From: Octopus bimaculoides | Lineage: Eukaryota | Assembly (NCBI RefSeq): GCF_001194135.2 | Contig: NC_068984.1 | Coordinates: forward strand, 53,908,519-53,972,518 | Direction of reading: 5' to 3' | Length of the DNA: 64,000 nucleotides | Shown: piece by piece, positions 61,413 to 64,000 of the stretch | Layout of the letters: every line of letters begins with the position of its first letter | How positions within the stretch are numbered: the stretch's first letter is position 1 | Notes under the pieces: model-generated | Told to the model about the DNA's origin: nothing | Databases searched by the model: none | What the model saw: the letters and a program-made list of their open reading frames with translations, nothing else | Translations under genes and position numbers: made by a program

Positions 61413-63399
61413 CACATACACACATTCACACATACATCTTTGTTCAGTGGCATACTTAGTTTTATTGTTGTGTTACTAGCATTTATTGACTAGTCATTAA
61501 GAGCTTTCATGTGGTACATGAGAAAAATGGCAGTTCAAACATAAACGAAAAGACACTGTTGAAATATTCTGTGTGTGTGTGTGTGTGCGTGCGCATGTTT
61601 GCTTGCTTGAGTATTTATGTGTTATAGATGTTGTGGGTTAAGAGAGAGAAAGAATGAATGAATAAACATGAATATGAGTGTTGAAACAAAGAAGCATTAT
61701 GTATATTGTTTTAAATGGGTTTTCTTATGCAAAAGTTATAAAAACAAGAAACAAGGAAACAATTTTAAGGTAATACATTTTAAGCCTAACAAAAAGTAAT
61801 TGAATTTATAATATCTGTTTCTCCTTGATGCGTTTCAAGTATCATTGTCATCATTATCATCATTATCATCATCATCATCATCATCACTATATCATCTTCA
61901 TGTATTTCATTTAAAAATACAACATAAAAACAAATCAAACAGTCTGAGAATATTGGTAGCCTATTAACAACATTGAAGGCTTGTTATCAACAATTCCACA
62001 GCAATCAAGCAAAAGAATAACGTTTTATTTCAGTTAAAAAGTACACACTCTCTTTAAGCAAGTGTCCTCAAATGTCCTTGTAAATGTGTCCATAAATCTC
62101 TGCCTAGAGTCAATTTAGAAGTACATTTAATCAGTTAGCTGGCCTATAGGTGCTTTTAACAAAGTCCACTCTGTTGCAAGTATTCAGACCAGGCGTTCAG
62201 TCTGATGAAAACTTCCTTCTGCATAGATAGCCATGAAAAGGGGCCATGGACACTGCCCTAAGTCATGAAATATATTATGTTTATAAGGAAAATTGAATGA
62301 GATAAGCTCTTGGTGAACTGAGTTCATTAAATAAGATTGCTATCATTTAGTCTCAAACCGTCCTTGATTAAGCAGACCTATGATCAAAGATGTTCTAACA
62401 TTCATCATTCAGTCATATGTGCCTAGGACTGCATTGTCTAATGTGTGCTGCCTATCTTTTAAGATGGAGGGTGGTGGAGAATTTGATTTTAGGGAGATTT
62501 AGCTAATGTTTCTAATAGGTGGAGCAACTGTAATTTCTTGAATTTCCTGCTTTGTGGCACGGTTTACTTGTGTTGTCAAAAATATGCATAACTCACAAAT
62601 CTTACATTAGCATGTTCTCTTTCTCTCCTGTAAACCTAAGCCTTTCTATCTGTTCAAAGAATCAGCATATTTTGGAATTATAGTTTTCTGTATGGAATGT
62701 ATCCCTTTTGTCACCATATCTCTATTGAAATGTGCAGCCTTTGTCTCAATTTCTTTGGAAGCAAAGATGAATTTAGTGAAATAACATCATACTTATTAAG
62801 CTGGGGGTTTGAAATGTAGATTAACATAAAATTTTGATAGGAGGATTTAATTTAGATGCTTATAACATAGAACAGGAATGGTCTCAGGTAGGCTGCTGTC
62901 AGAAAGGTTAAAGAAAACAAAGACCAAAAGAACATCATCTGCGGCTGTTATATATTCAAGTGTGAAGTTAATAATTCCTTACAGGAAACTGTTAAGGTCA
63001 TAAGTTTAATACTTAACTCTTAAGATAAAAATCTTCTGTTGGACAAGATGTTAGTCTATAGCAAGCAACTAACTTGTCCCATAATTTTTTATATTTGTTT
63101 CAGACTGTATGGGCTCTTCTCCAGGATCTATAGGAACTTGAGTCTGTGCCTAACTTTAGATAAGGAAGGACATCTAGAATAAAGTGTTCTGCCCTTGAAA
63201 TATGCTATAAAATGATTGCTCTGGACTGAATTCCCAAATCATGAGTTCAACATTTTATTCATTTAGTCATTAGATGAGATATGAGATGAGATTTTTTTGT
63301 GGATGTGCATGTATATATATTTGAAAGTGGGTGTGTGTCCAGTGATTATAACTCTCTGGACAAACATACACACACACACACATACACATTTGTGTTTGT

Positions 63400-63479
<80 letters not shown>

Positions 63480-63674
63480 GTGTATATGTATGTATATATA
63501 TGTATGAATCTGTATATATATATGTATGAATCTGTATATATATGTATGAATCTATATATATATATGTATGAATCTATATATATATATGTATGGATGTATA
63601 TATATGTATGTGTATATATATATATGAATAGATATATGTATATGTATCTATATGTATGTGTATATATATATAGT

Positions 63675-64000
63675 GTAGTATATTGCCACTTAAGTGTGGC
63701 TGACCCCTAGGGGTGGATGTTACTGTTGCTTTTAGCCCCAGGAGGACATCTCCTCCAGCTGGCTTATCGACACACGACTGTGTCCTGTTTGCCAAGGGAA
63801 GTTATCCCTCTCACCACGATCTGCAGCACGAACGGATCCGGATTTCAGGGTTATTTCCCTTCGTCGGCGTTCGATAGCTGCTGACCTTGGTGAGAGAGAC
63901 AAAAACCTGGCAATCTTATATCTACTTTTCCAGTGAAATTCTTCACTGATATCGAAAAGGTGAAAACAAGCAATGTTAATTCTCTAAATGAAGTATTAAC
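63675..64000 (-). mobile_element. Second copy of the HHR-bearing monomer family, permuted and running off the window
   Basis: Reverse complement aligns to 43056-43259 and then continues into 42909-43035, reading across the monomer junction of copy 1. Its 3' end abuts (TA)n. Confidence 0.88.
63818..63886 (-). ncRNA. Type I hammerhead ribozyme fold with a U4C core change
   Basis: Minus strand: cgaacg-CCGACGA-aggg(aaataa)ccct-GAAA-t-ccgg-a-TC-cgttcg. Stem I is a perfect 6 bp plus gcagc/gctgc and ggtc/gatc; stem III palindrome ATCCGGAT; AUC triplet with the cut between 63835 and 63834. Confidence 0.78.

Noticed and set aside
705-63795. Most ORF-track entries (YIYI/CVCV/THTH/LSLS peptides and X-runs)
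   Set aside because: They are translations of microsatellites, SINEs or N-gaps, with no codon structure or protein motifs.

Overview
AT-rich, repeat-saturated animal genomic DNA from a short-read assembly, with 10 N-gaps mostly at microsatellites. The repeat repertoire resembles an octopus genome (inference from recalled cephalopod SINE families, not a database match). No intact protein-coding gene is supported; almost all ORF-track entries are microsatellite or N-run artefacts. The window reads as non-coding, probably intronic DNA downstream of a CpG-retaining, promoter-like stretch at about 2.75-4.9 kb, with one plausible 39-nt cassette exon at 38852-38890. It contains dozens of tRNA-derived SINEs (family labels A-E are my own), three decayed mariners, an internally deleted piggyBac with intact ends, a Helitron 3' end, CR1/Jockey- and RTE-type LINE remnants, and a Penelope-like (PLE) RT fragment. 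The most striking signal is a set of type I hammerhead ribozyme (HHR) folds. One lies in a 351-bp monomer with a 24-bp terminal redundancy (42885-43259). A second, diverged and circularly permuted copy (63675-64000) shows compensatory base-pair changes in stems I and III. A third HHR lies in a (TA)n-flanked element (40198-40287), and a tRNA-headed SINE ends in an HHR-like tail (25425-25656). Together they suggest a retrozyme-like/PLE-dependent family of self-cleaving, possibly circular RNAs (inference). Coordinates were counted by eye; TE boundaries are approximate unless a TIR or TSD is quoted.
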